This document shows, in pieces, positions 13,441 to 22,022 of a stretch of 64,000 nt of DNA. Source of the DNA: Rhynchopus sp. YZ270_cl-10 (lineage: Eukaryota); the NCBI GenBank assembly GCA_964035575.1, contig OZ037839.1, positions 992,001 to 1,056,000 of the forward strand. Reading direction: 5' to 3'. Each line of letters opens with the position of its first letter. The first letter of the stretch is position 1. A program made the translations under genes and the position numbers. The notes beneath the pieces are model-generated. The model was not told where the DNA came from and searched no databases. It worked only from the letters and a program-made list of their open reading frames with translations.

Positions 13441-14329
13441 CGTCGCGGGTTTTCCTCTTTTTGTCGAAAGCCTCTTTCCCCTTTGCCTTCATTTCTTCGA
13501 GGAGTCGCTTCATGATGTGTGGTTCAAATTTTTCGACCTTTTGCGCCTTCGCCTTCACCTCGTACTCGAATCTCACTTCCTTTCCGTAGACTCCCAGGTG
13601 AATGAGAGAAGTGAGCTCCACAACGGTGGTATGGAGAAGTTTAATAGTGGGTGGATGAGAGGTCTTGTCATCAGTCAGTGTGTCTATCGTCAAGAGTAGG
13701 CTGTCGATTTTCCGTGCTCGATCGATCTCGTAATCTGGGGCATCACTTAACTCTGCAGGTATCGTCGCCGTTTTAAAATGGGCGCGTACCGCATCCTTAA
13801 CCAGCAGTCTCATCTTCTTATCCTCCAACTTTGTCCATGTGCACACCACGTCGGCTGCAAAGTTTAGAGGGAGGGTTAGGTCGATTCGTTGTTCCAGAGC
13901 GTCTATCCTGGCTGACATCTCGTCCAGCTTGTACATGATTGCTTGGAAAGAGTGTTGCGAGGTGGTGTCTGTGTCTGTAACGGCGTTGTTTCCTGCATTG
14001 GTCTCCTCCTCGGACGATGCGTCGTCAGGGTCAATTTCCTGTGTGGGTGGGGTGGGGGTGACGTGTTTCTTCCAACAACACTCCGGGCATCGGAATGTGT
14101 CGGCGGTGAAGTTATCTAACACCACCTGCCTGATATGTGCCGGTACGCACTTCTTCAGGCAGGTCACCGACGACGCCTTTCCACAATCGCGGCATCGTGC
14201 CCCCGCATGTTGCTGCGTGCAGGTGCCAAAGCTGCATCCTGGGACATCGTCTGCGCGGGGGTCGTCCGCCTCCACCGACAAAGGGATCGCGTCCCAGTCC
14301 ACCGCGTCAATGCCGGGGTAGTCGGACAT
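13253..14329 (-). CDS. Gag-like ORF1 with an N-terminal PHD-like Cys cluster and a coiled coil
   Basis: 358 aa, ATG start; CSFGTC..CRDC..C..C..FRCPEC; heptad KLDEMSARIDALEQRI; basic C-terminus; first ORF of the element. Confidence 0.75.
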   Translation of the reverse strand: MSDYPGIDAVDWDAIPLSVEADDPRADDVPGCSFGTCTQQHAGARCRDCGKASSVTCLKKCVPAHIRQVVLDNFTADTFRCPECCWKKHVTPTPPTQEIDPDDASSEEETNAGNNAVTDTDTTSQHSFQAIMYKLDEMSARIDALEQRIDLTLPLNFAADVVCTWTKLEDKKMRLLVKDAVRAHFKTATIPAELSDAPDYEIDRARKIDSLLLTIDTLTDDKTSHPPTIKLLHTTVVELTSLIHLGVYGKEVRFEYEVKAKAQKVEKFEPHIMKRLLEEMKAKGKEAFDKKRKTRDDAHRASKSSGGKKGKGWDSRDRGGYREDRDRQRDTNREYNRDSNRDANREGPKNDKAGKGGN

Positions 14330-14479
14330 TAGGAGGTAGGATAGGTGCGAGGTTAGATTTTTTTTTTTTTTTTTTTTTTTGTTGATAGGTTTCGTTCAAT
14401 CTTCGATTCTAGCTCTCAGGCCGGTATTTTTGTTGATAATAGGTTTCGTTCAAGGCTCGACGGTCGGATTCGTTGATAG

Positions 14480-15353
14480 CAGTGGTCGCGCTAATTATGG
14501 GAAAAAATGGGGAAAAAATGGATTTCGGGTACGGAAAAACGTTCCTTGAAAAGGTTAGCTGGGGAGGCCCGGAAACCCCGTTTTGTGGCATTTCCGGGCC
14601 AATCCCGGCTTGTGGTGGGGTATATACGGAAAAATGGACAAAATTTTAGTGACTTAAATTTTCGCAAAATATGAACCCATACTCGTAAACAAGGGTCATT
14701 TTCAGGAAAATTCGGAAAATTCCGAGATTTGGAAGCAATATTTCTCCTGAAAATCAGTGGGTTTTCAGCCCGAAAACATACCGCGATTGGAATTTCCGGA
14801 ATCCGTCCGCGCTGTGGTGGGGTCACTTTGCCGAAATGGCCAATTTTTTGGTTTTGGTCAAAATCCATGTGGGTAAAGAGGGCCAATGTAAATCCCACAA
14901 CCAGATTTTCTCTCCCTGATCCTGACGTCTTGCAACATGAAAATGCGCGAAAACACCGGCATTTGCATTTCCGGAATTCGTCCGTTCTGTGGTGGGGTCA
15001 ATTTGCCGAAATGGACAAGTTCTTGGTTTTGGTCAAAACCCGTCAGTGTAAGGTAAAGGGGGCAAGTGTTTGCCTGTAGAAACTGGAAGGGAACAGGCAG
15101 CGCCGCAGGCGCACGGTAACCAACTTTTTTCTTTTTTTCCTTTTCTTTTTTCTCCTCTTTCTTTTGACTTTCCGAGCCAATTGCGTTCCACGGCGGGGTC
15201 ACATGTATATGCAAGTCCACTATGTGGTGGTCTTACTCAACAATATTAGAACTTCTGGTTTCTTAATGAAATCCCCGTACTGCAAAAAAAAAACGTTCCT
15301 ACCAAAACCCCCAAAAATCCCGGGATGAGGGATGGACTTTAGCGCGAGCTCTG
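14480..15353. mobile_element. hAT-like MITE nested in the YR element 5' region
   Basis: TIR CAGTGGTCGCGCTAA / TTAGCGCGAGCTCTG; 8-bp TSD GTTGATAG (14472-14479, 15354-15361). Confidence 0.8.
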
Positions 15354-15402
15354 GTTGATAGGTTCGTTTTTTTTTTTTTTTTTTTTTTTCTTCTTCTTCG
15401 AC

Positions 15403-16009
15403 CAGCGGATAAGTTAGCTTTTTTATTTTTCGCCAAATCCCGGTTTTTCCGGTTTTTTCCGGTTTTTCCCACCCACACAAAAATAATGATGAAAAGTCAC
15501 AAAAAAATGCCAGCGACCCCAAAATTCTACCAGGTCTAAACCCACCAGCTCTTTGAACGACTTTTTCTGACTTCCATAGCCAGTGTTTGTGCGGCACAAA
15601 GATCCGCCAGGGGGAGGTAACTGAGGCGTCGCTCTTCGCCAATAAACGCGTTAATATACTCCTCACAGCTGTGATATAAAATCGAACATTTTCACAGCCA
15701 AACTATGGCATGGTAGGGCTACTGCTCATAAATTTTGGCTGCGCCACAGGCGCAGCCACGGTACGCTACTTTTTTATGATCGCCGATCCCTTATTCTTGC
15801 TCGATATGAGGAGGTTGGGCTGCTGGGGGGGGGGGGGGGGGGGGGGTGGGTGGGAACCGGACTTCCTTCAGGTCCGGTCCAGGTCTGGTCCAAAAAAAAT
15901 TTTTTTTCAAAAATCCCGAATCTCAATTTTTTTTTTTTTTTTTGAAAAAACCGGAAACCGGGAAAACCCGGTTTTCAAAACCGGAAAACCGGGTCAAACT
16001 TAACCCCTG
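15403..16009. mobile_element. hAT-like MITE nested in the YR element terminal repeat
   Basis: TIR CAGCGGATAAGTT / AACTTAACCCCTG; 8-bp TSD TCTTCGAC (15395-15402, 16010-16017). Confidence 0.8.
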
Positions 16010-16749
16010 TCTTCGACTTGATTTACGATATGGTTGTGTTTGCCTGAAGTACAGAAAGTGTCGTGGAGCACAGGGGGGAAAAGAGGGGGAAACAAGCGGG
16101 GAGCGGGATACGCAGACGCGCGACTTTTCACGAGGGTCTCGAGCATTTTGTCAAATACTACGTGTTTACTAAAAATGCTCGAGAGACTCGTTCCTCTTTG
16201 CTTGTTGCTCAAAAGACTATAAACGGGGGGGAATATCTATCTTTATTGAAATAAAAGAGGGGGTGGTGTGCTTTTTGTTTCAGTGATGATTGGGAGCATT
16301 GGGTGGGCGTCTGCGCCCGCATCTTCAGGACGAAGGGAAATTGAAAGAAGGACACAGCAGTGCATACTGCGACCCCACCACTGCCGCCCCTGCCGCCGCC
16401 CTGCAGTTGTAAGAACAGTACTCCCTACTCACAGTCTCCTTCTTGACAGCAAAGACAAGTCTGCTCTGCCGTAGCTTTGGCACAACTTTTTGGGTTTTAG
16501 CGCCAGGCTTTTTAGCACCAGCTTTGATAGCAGCCATGTTAAGCTTCTCAGCTGTGTTGTTTGGTAGAGGTAGCCAAGGGGTATCTGCTTTTTTCATTGT
16601 ATGCGCTACACAGTGATTACAGTGCCGCAGTTGGAACATGTAATAGAAAGTGCATTTTTCTGTTGGTTCACTTTTCCCCCCCCTCCCCCAAAGTTAGCAT
16701 TAGGCCTGGATACAACCCACCCGCAGAGATACATCAAGAGACACATAAA

Positions 16750-18126
16750 ATGGAGCTGACTATTCAGGGATTGGGGAAGGACTTCGTGATTGAGGTGGGT
16801 GAGAACGACACAACGGAGACCATGCGGGAGAAGGTGGCGACTGCAACAGGGTTGTGCGAAGACAGCTTCCGCATGGGCTTCGGAGGGAAGGAGGAAGGAG
16901 AGGACATCACAGAACTGAGTGCTGGAGACACAGTCGTGTTGACGAAGTCGACGAAGTACGAAGCCATATCAGCTCTTCATGCATTGGGTGAGACAAACAT
17001 CACAGCAGAAAGGTTGCAGCAGGTGGAGGATCCGAAGGTGGCCAGCTTGCTTCTTCAGGCAGAAGTTGCGACTGAGATTCCATACGGCTTCTTCTCACGT
17101 AGTGACGTAACGCGCATTGGTTTCAGTTGCGTACCCAATGTGGATGACAACTGTGGCATCACACTGCACCTGCCTGCATTACCCTGCGTCACCACGATTG
17201 ATGAAAGGTTTCTCTCCAACTGCACAACGTTGTCGAAAGTGGACTTCACCGGCCTGCAATCAGTCACCACGATTGGTGACAATTTTCTCTCCTACTGCAC
17301 AACGTTGTCGAAAGTGGACTTCACCGGCCTGCAAGCAGTCACCACGATTGGTGGCGGGTTTCTCTCCAACTGCACATCGTTGTCGAAAGTGGACTTCACC
17401 GGCCTGCAAGCAGTCACCACGATTGGTGGCGGGTTTCTCTCCAACTGCACATCGTTGTCGAAATTGGACTTCACCGGCCTACAAGCAGTCACCACGATTG
17501 GTTACAGTTTTCTCTCAGAGTGCACAACGTTGTCGGAAGTGGACTTCACCGGCCTGCAAGCAGTCACCACGATTGGTCACGGGTTTCTCTCCTCCTGCAC
17601 ATCGTTGTCGAAATTGGACTTCACCGGACTACAAGCAGTCACCACGATTGGTGACAGTTTTCTCTCAGAGTGCACAACGTTGTCGGAAGTGGACTTCACC
17701 GGCCTGCAAGCAGTCACCACGATTGGTCACGGGTTTCTCTCCTCCTGCACATCGTTGTCGAAATTGGACTTCACCGGACTACAAGCAGTCACCACGATTG
17801 GTGACAGTTTTCTCTACAACTGCACAACGTTGTCGGAAGTGGACTTCACCGGCCTGCAAGCAGTCACCACGATTGGTGACAATTTTCTCTCCTACTGCAC
17901 AACGTTGTCGGAAGTGGACTTCACCGGCCTACAAGCAGTCACCACGATTGGTGACAGTTTTCTCTCAGACTGCACAACGTTGTCGGAAGTGGACTTCACC
18001 GGCCTGCAAGCAGTCACCACGATTGGTGATTATTTTCTCTCCTACTGCAAAATGTTGTCGAAAGTCGACGGAATGGACAAGTGTAGCAACGTTGTACACA
18101 GCAGACTAGGTGACGTTGGTTTTTAG
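16750..18126 (+). CDS. Ubiquitin-like domain + BspA-type (LRR_5-like) leucine-rich-repeat protein, intact, 458 aa
   Basis: ATG at 16750 (MELTIQGLGKDFVIEVGENDT..., Ubl-like); about 12 near-identical 24-aa/72-bp repeats CTTLSxVDFTGLQAVTTIGxxFLS. Confidence 0.85.
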   Translation: MELTIQGLGKDFVIEVGENDTTETMREKVATATGLCEDSFRMGFGGKEEGEDITELSAGDTVVLTKSTKYEAISALHALGETNITAERLQQVEDPKVASLLLQAEVATEIPYGFFSRSDVTRIGFSCVPNVDDNCGITLHLPALPCVTTIDERFLSNCTTLSKVDFTGLQSVTTIGDNFLSYCTTLSKVDFTGLQAVTTIGGGFLSNCTSLSKVDFTGLQAVTTIGGGFLSNCTSLSKLDFTGLQAVTTIGYSFLSECTTLSEVDFTGLQAVTTIGHGFLSSCTSLSKLDFTGLQAVTTIGDSFLSECTTLSEVDFTGLQAVTTIGHGFLSSCTSLSKLDFTGLQAVTTIGDSFLYNCTTLSEVDFTGLQAVTTIGDNFLSYCTTLSEVDFTGLQAVTTIGDSFLSDCTTLSEVDFTGLQAVTTIGDYFLSYCKMLSKVDGMDKCSNVVHSRLGDVGF

Positions 18127-18596
18127 GGGCAGTAAAGAAAGCGGGAGTGGGAATTGGGGTGTTAGGATTATTCTGTGTGTTTGGGCGGGTGGAGTAGTGT
18201 TTTGTTGAGTGAGCAAGAAATCATCCCCACTGTACCACCCACCTTCATTGGACACTTCTTTGGGGTCGGATCAAGGGCACAGTTCCTCTTGTGCTCTCTG
18301 TGTGTCCTTCACTTCACTTCACATTCCGCTTGCATGCTTCACACCATTCCACTTTGCTATTTCCATATTTTTCACTCCATCCCACACAAAACATCCATTT
18401 CTTTTACCCCTCCGCCAGGTTACACATATGTTCCGCACTTTCGACAGTGTTCTTTCACTTGCCAACACTTCCTTGAGGATACACGAGGGCCTTACCTGTG
18501 TGCGCAGCTAGGTATAATCATCTCTGAGGCTGTGCTATACTGCAGGGTCCTAGGTATAGGGAACGGAAAAGGTGCGGCACCTTTTCCGTTAAATTT

Positions 18597-18632
<36 letters not shown>

Positions 18633-19486
18633 GGGGATTTTTTTTTTGGGTCCCCCCAAAGAAAAAAATCCCAGTAACGGGGGTCCCTCCTACACTCAGC
18701 TCACAACAGAATTTTTTGCTACCCAAAATCTCAATTTCCCATACAAAAATGCTCGCATTCAGAAGGAAAGCGCTCGCGAAACCCGAGGGGGCTCAAGGGC
18801 ACACCGTGGGAGAACTCGACTCAATTGTCAAACGCCGAAGGAAAAGGAAGCATGCAGCGAAGCGAAAGCAAAAAAGTAGCGTACCGTGCGCCTGCGGCGC
18901 AGGATTGCAACTCACCCTTTCCCATGACATAGTTTGTCAGTAAAAATGTGCAATTTTAAGTGATTTTATTGACGTGCAATTATAGACTCTTCACAAAATC
19001 CTTCTACAGGCGTGCAATTTGAAATCCACAATTTAACGGCCAGGGTAGAATTAAGTACCATGCGTGTAATTATAGATCCTGTTACAAATGCACGTAAAAT
19101 GTGGCCGTTTAATTAATGATCTATAATTACACGCCTCCCAAATGCGTGTAATTATTTTTCTGTACAAAATGGGTGGGAAATGTGTGCGTTTAATTAAGTA
19201 TTTATAATTACACGCCTCCCTCAGACAACACATTTTTTTGAGTGCAGACCCTAAGTTCCCCAAGCGGGTCCTTAGGCGAGTGCACAACTGAGACTGAGGC
19301 ATCTCTGCGTGCGATGATCCCGTAAATATACTGGAAGTGTGAACCTCAGAACGAACAGAAATGCCCCCCAGAAGAAGACCACGTCGTTGACTTCCTGACC
19401 AGCATGCGGTCTGATGGGATGAAGGGCCGTGGACTATCTGGAGTCTTCTTACCTCCACCCTCCACTTCAACTCCACCAGCACTACA

Positions 19487-19717
19487 ATGGTGGGTGAGAA
19501 CGACACAACGGAGACGATGCGGCAGAAGGTGGCGTCTGCAACAGGGTTGTGCGAAGACAGCTTCCGCATGGGCTTCGGAGGGAAGGAGGAAGGAGAGGAC
19601 ATCACAGAACTGAGTGCTGGAGACACAGTCGTGTTGGCGAAAACTACTAAGTACGCATCTGTTGAGGAACTTCGTGCCTTGGGTGAGACAGACATTTCCG
19701 AAGCGAGGTTGGCGACT
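19487..19717 (+). pseudogene. 5' half of a Ubl-LRR paralogue split by retroelement insertions
   Basis: MVGENDTTETMRQKVASATGLCEDSF...ETDISEARLAT is highly similar to the 16750 gene; joins in frame to 27842 if 19718-27841 is removed. Confidence 0.85.
19699..19717 (+). repeat. 19-bp target-site duplication CGAAGCGAGGTTGGCGACT (copy 1; also 20444-20462, 27823-27841 and 63512-63530 on minus)
   Basis: Exact 19-mer flanks each insert. Confidence 0.95.
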
Positions 19718-19837
19718 GGATTCGGCCATACTCTGGTGAATACACCTCATCCCGCCTGATTTGAGAAGTTAAGCACCAGCAGGCCTGGATAGTACTGGCG
19801 TGGGTGACCAGCTGGGAAGTCCGGGTGCTTGAATCCT
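19718..19837 (+). rRNA. Full-length 5S rRNA sequence (120 nt), forming the head of a retroposed unit
   Basis: GGATTCGGCCATAC...GAAGTTAAGC...TAGTACT...GGGTGACC...GGGAA...GGTGCTTGAATCC; termini GGATTC/GAATCC pair (helix I); box A and box C-like motifs; resembles euglenozoan 5S. Confidence 0.93.
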
Positions 19838-20443
19838 TAAAACCCGACGGCGGACCGCCCCCCATAGCACATTTTTGCGGTGCACGGGCGTACGGGATTA
19901 GTATCTTTTTTTGAGAGAACCCAAGAGCGGCCAGGTCCTGGACAAGTACGTTGTGCTTTTAGACCTACAAACTGTCTGGGGTGGTGGGACCTCGGGGCGA
20001 AGGGTGCTTCCCGGGACCCCAATATCCTACCACAAGGAGCTCGAGTCGTGCATGGAAAGCAGGGTACTCTGAGCCGATTACTTCCACAACTCCCAGATCC
20101 CAAGACCTCCACGGGGGGCAGGCCTCCACGGAAACCCGCGACCGCCGACACCTTAGCTCCGTACTGCCTCTGTCTGTAACCTGCCGGTCCCCCACCTACC
20201 TACGCTTTTTGTGGTGTCTTTTTACGACGGTGGACCAAGGGGCTTTGCAGTGCAGTCAACGCCGACGGAGCGAGACTCGATTGTGACCGGGTGAAAAGGG
20301 AACCTTAGCCAGCGCTAACCAGCGGCAGTTTTGACTCAGGGAGGAGTTTCTCACCGCAGACTGGCGACACACCCCCACTTTTTCGGGGTGGCTGCATTCC
20401 TCTTCGGAACGGGGTGTTCCATCCTATTTTTAAAAACGTTTAG
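19718..20443 (+). mobile_element. 5S-headed non-autonomous retroposon (SINE3-like or 5S template-switch chimera)
   Basis: Bounded by the 19-bp TSD; last 59 nt (20385-20443) are 55/59 identical to the LINE 3' end (27764-27822). Confidence 0.85.
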
Positions 20444-20462
20444 CGAAGCGAGGTTGGCGACT

Positions 20463-20529
20463 GGGGTTTTTACCGAGCACCTCCACGAGGTGACCCCGGG
20501 CAACGCAGAGGACTGCGGCAAAGACTCGG
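20463..20529 (+). ncRNA. HDV-like self-cleaving ribozyme at the exact LINE 5' end
   Basis: P1 GGGGTT/GACCCC, P2 CCGAG/CTCGG, P3 ACC/GGT, L3 TCCACGA with P1.1 CC/GG, P4 GCAG-AGGA-CTGC, J4/2 GGCAAA with candidate catalytic C; folded by eye. Confidence 0.8.
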
Positions 20530-22022
20530 AAGAAGAAGAAGAAGAAAACGACGAAGAAAAAAGACAGATTTTTGTGCGAACGCTTACTGGAAAGACAGTG
20601 ACAGTGGACGTCAGCGACGCGGACTCGGTGGCTGACCTGAAGGCGGCAGTGCGAGCGAAGACAGGTGGACGCAGAGACGTGCAACGCCTTACCATCAACG
20701 GAAGGGACATGAGCGACAAGGAGTCGCTCCGGATGTGCAGGACGCACTGCAACGTGTGGGAGCTGGGTAGGCTAAGGGGAGGAAGCAGCGGCGACACCCC
20801 GGAGGCTATGGACGACACCCCCCCATTCACACTCGAGATACCCGACAGCAAGGCAACGAACTCCGCCGCCCGGGTATACGACCTCAGACCTGTCCCACCC
20901 CAGGCAACCAGAGCGGACTGCGTCACCGCATTGAAGGCGATGCAGTGGGAGGGGGCGCGGGTGGTGACGCTGCTCAACAAGGGCAGAACGGGGGAGAAGA
21001 CCCTCGTGGTGCGTGCGGAGTCCCAGCCCCCACACCGCAGCATCAAGTGGCAAAACGTTGTGGTGTCAATCTTCCCCGCAGAAGCAAAGGATACTAGTAC
21101 CACCACCACCACCAACCACAACCACGCCCCCAAGAGAGTCCCCGACCCCACGGTGAGGAACCGCAAGGATAAGTATACCATTGCAGAGTTCAGGCAGGAG
21201 TACGGGGCAGCCAGAGGCAAACTTCTCTTCGAGGAAGGCACACAGCTGGAGCTGGCATGGCTGCAGCGCAAGGAGCAAAGATCCCATCACCAACAGACCT
21301 TCACCACACCTCAGAACCTCGACCCGCTGCTCTCGGTGGTGCAGCAGAACGCGGCCGCGCTGACACAGCTATCACGCACAGGCCAGGAGACCACGGCTGC
21401 CCTTCTGCACATGGGCAGGGGAGTCGAGGCCATGAGCATCGGGGTGGAAGGGATGGGCAAGGGCATCGAAGCCCTGCTGGAACGACAGGCGTCGCAGCAC
21501 GCCGAAACGACGGCCGTGCTACACGGCATGGATGGGCGTCTGCAGAGCATCGAGGCTCGGCAGATCTCGACGGAGGAGTGCCTGCAGCACATCCTGAGGG
21601 TGGTATCCGCCAACACCAGCACCAACACCAACGCCAACGCCACCACCGCCTCACAGCCCAGCTCCCCACGACCCCCATCACCACTCCCTGACGCAGAGTC
21701 GCTGAAGACTCCGCCGCAGGCACCCACGCCGTCTCCCGCGGAGACAAACAAGGGGGCAAAGACCCCACTTGCAAAGGGAAGGCGGGAAAGGGGAAAGGGG
21801 GAACCACCGCCCCGCCATCCGCGGCCGCCTCCCTCGACGACATCTTCTCCGCGTCGCCGCTGGCGGGGAAGAAGGGAAAGGGAAAGGGAAAGGGAAAAGA
21901 CGACCCAGGGAAAAGCCAAGGACAAGCGAACCTGCTCGACTTCAACCTCGATCTCTGAACTCTCCTTCCCCTATCCCCTGGAAATCAACTCCCGACCCCC
22001 TCTTAGAATTAGAACAAACTAG
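20463..22022 (+). CDS. LINE ORF1: acidic leader, ubiquitin domain (20562-20783), coiled-coil and Pro-rich regions; no ATG before the ubiquitin domain
   Basis: RQIFVRTLTGKTVTVDV...DVQRL...LGRLRGG vs ubiquitin MQIFVKTLTGKTITLEV...DQQRL...LRLRGG; heptads around MGRGVEAMSIGVEGMGKGIEAL. Confidence 0.85.
   Translation, partial: GVFTEHLHEVTPGNAEDCGKDSEEEEEENDEEKRQIFVRTLTGKTVTVDVSDADSVADLKAAVRAKTGGRRDVQRLTINGRDMSDKESLRMCRTHCNVWELGRLRGGSSGDTPEAMDDTPPFTLEIPDSKATNSAARVYDLRPVPPQATRADCVTALKAMQWEGARVVTLLNKGRTGEKTLVVRAESQPPHRSIKWQNVVVSIFPAEAKDTSTTTTTNHNHAPKRVPDPTVRNRKDKYTIAEFRQEYGAARGKLLFEEGTQLELAWLQRKEQRSHHQQTFTTPQNLDPLLSVVQQNAAALTQLSRTGQETTAALLHMGRGVEAMSIGVEGMGKGIEALLERQASQHAETTAVLHGMDGRLQSIEARQISTEECLQHILRVVSANTSTNTNANATTASQPSSPRPPSPLPDAESLKTPPQAPTPSPAETNKGAKTPLAKGRRERGKGEPPPRHPRPPPSTTSSPRRRWRGRREREREREKTTQGKAKDKRTCSTSTSISELSFPYPLEINSRPPLRIRTN

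Larger units (their letters stand above)
9912..16233 (-). mobile_element. Tyrosine-recombinase (DIRS-order, VIPER/TATE/Ngaro-like) retrotransposon, probably inactive
   Basis: gag-YR-RT/RNaseH order on the minus strand; split direct repeats A1 (~15385-15402 + 16010-16231), B1 (10342-10375), A2 (~10107-10341), B2 (9912-9946); two nested hAT-like MITEs; in-frame stop in YR. Confidence 0.85.

Noticed and set aside
16561..16749. N-terminal extensions given by the ORF track (also 20331-20462 and 49347-49475)
   Set aside because: Alternative-start artefacts; homology places starts at 16750 and 49346, and the LINE begins at 20463
17188..18060. 72-bp repeat array resembling CRISPR
   Set aside because: In-frame LRR coding repeats with no unique spacers and no cas genes; eukaryotic context
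19838..20384. Spliced-leader RNA or snRNA linked to the 5S
   Set aside because: No recognisable euglenozoan SL exon; an ATTTTTG Sm-like site alone is insufficient
21874..21915. GGGAAAA as a -1 frameshift heptamer
   Set aside because: ORF2 is +1 relative to ORF1, so a -1 slip would not join them
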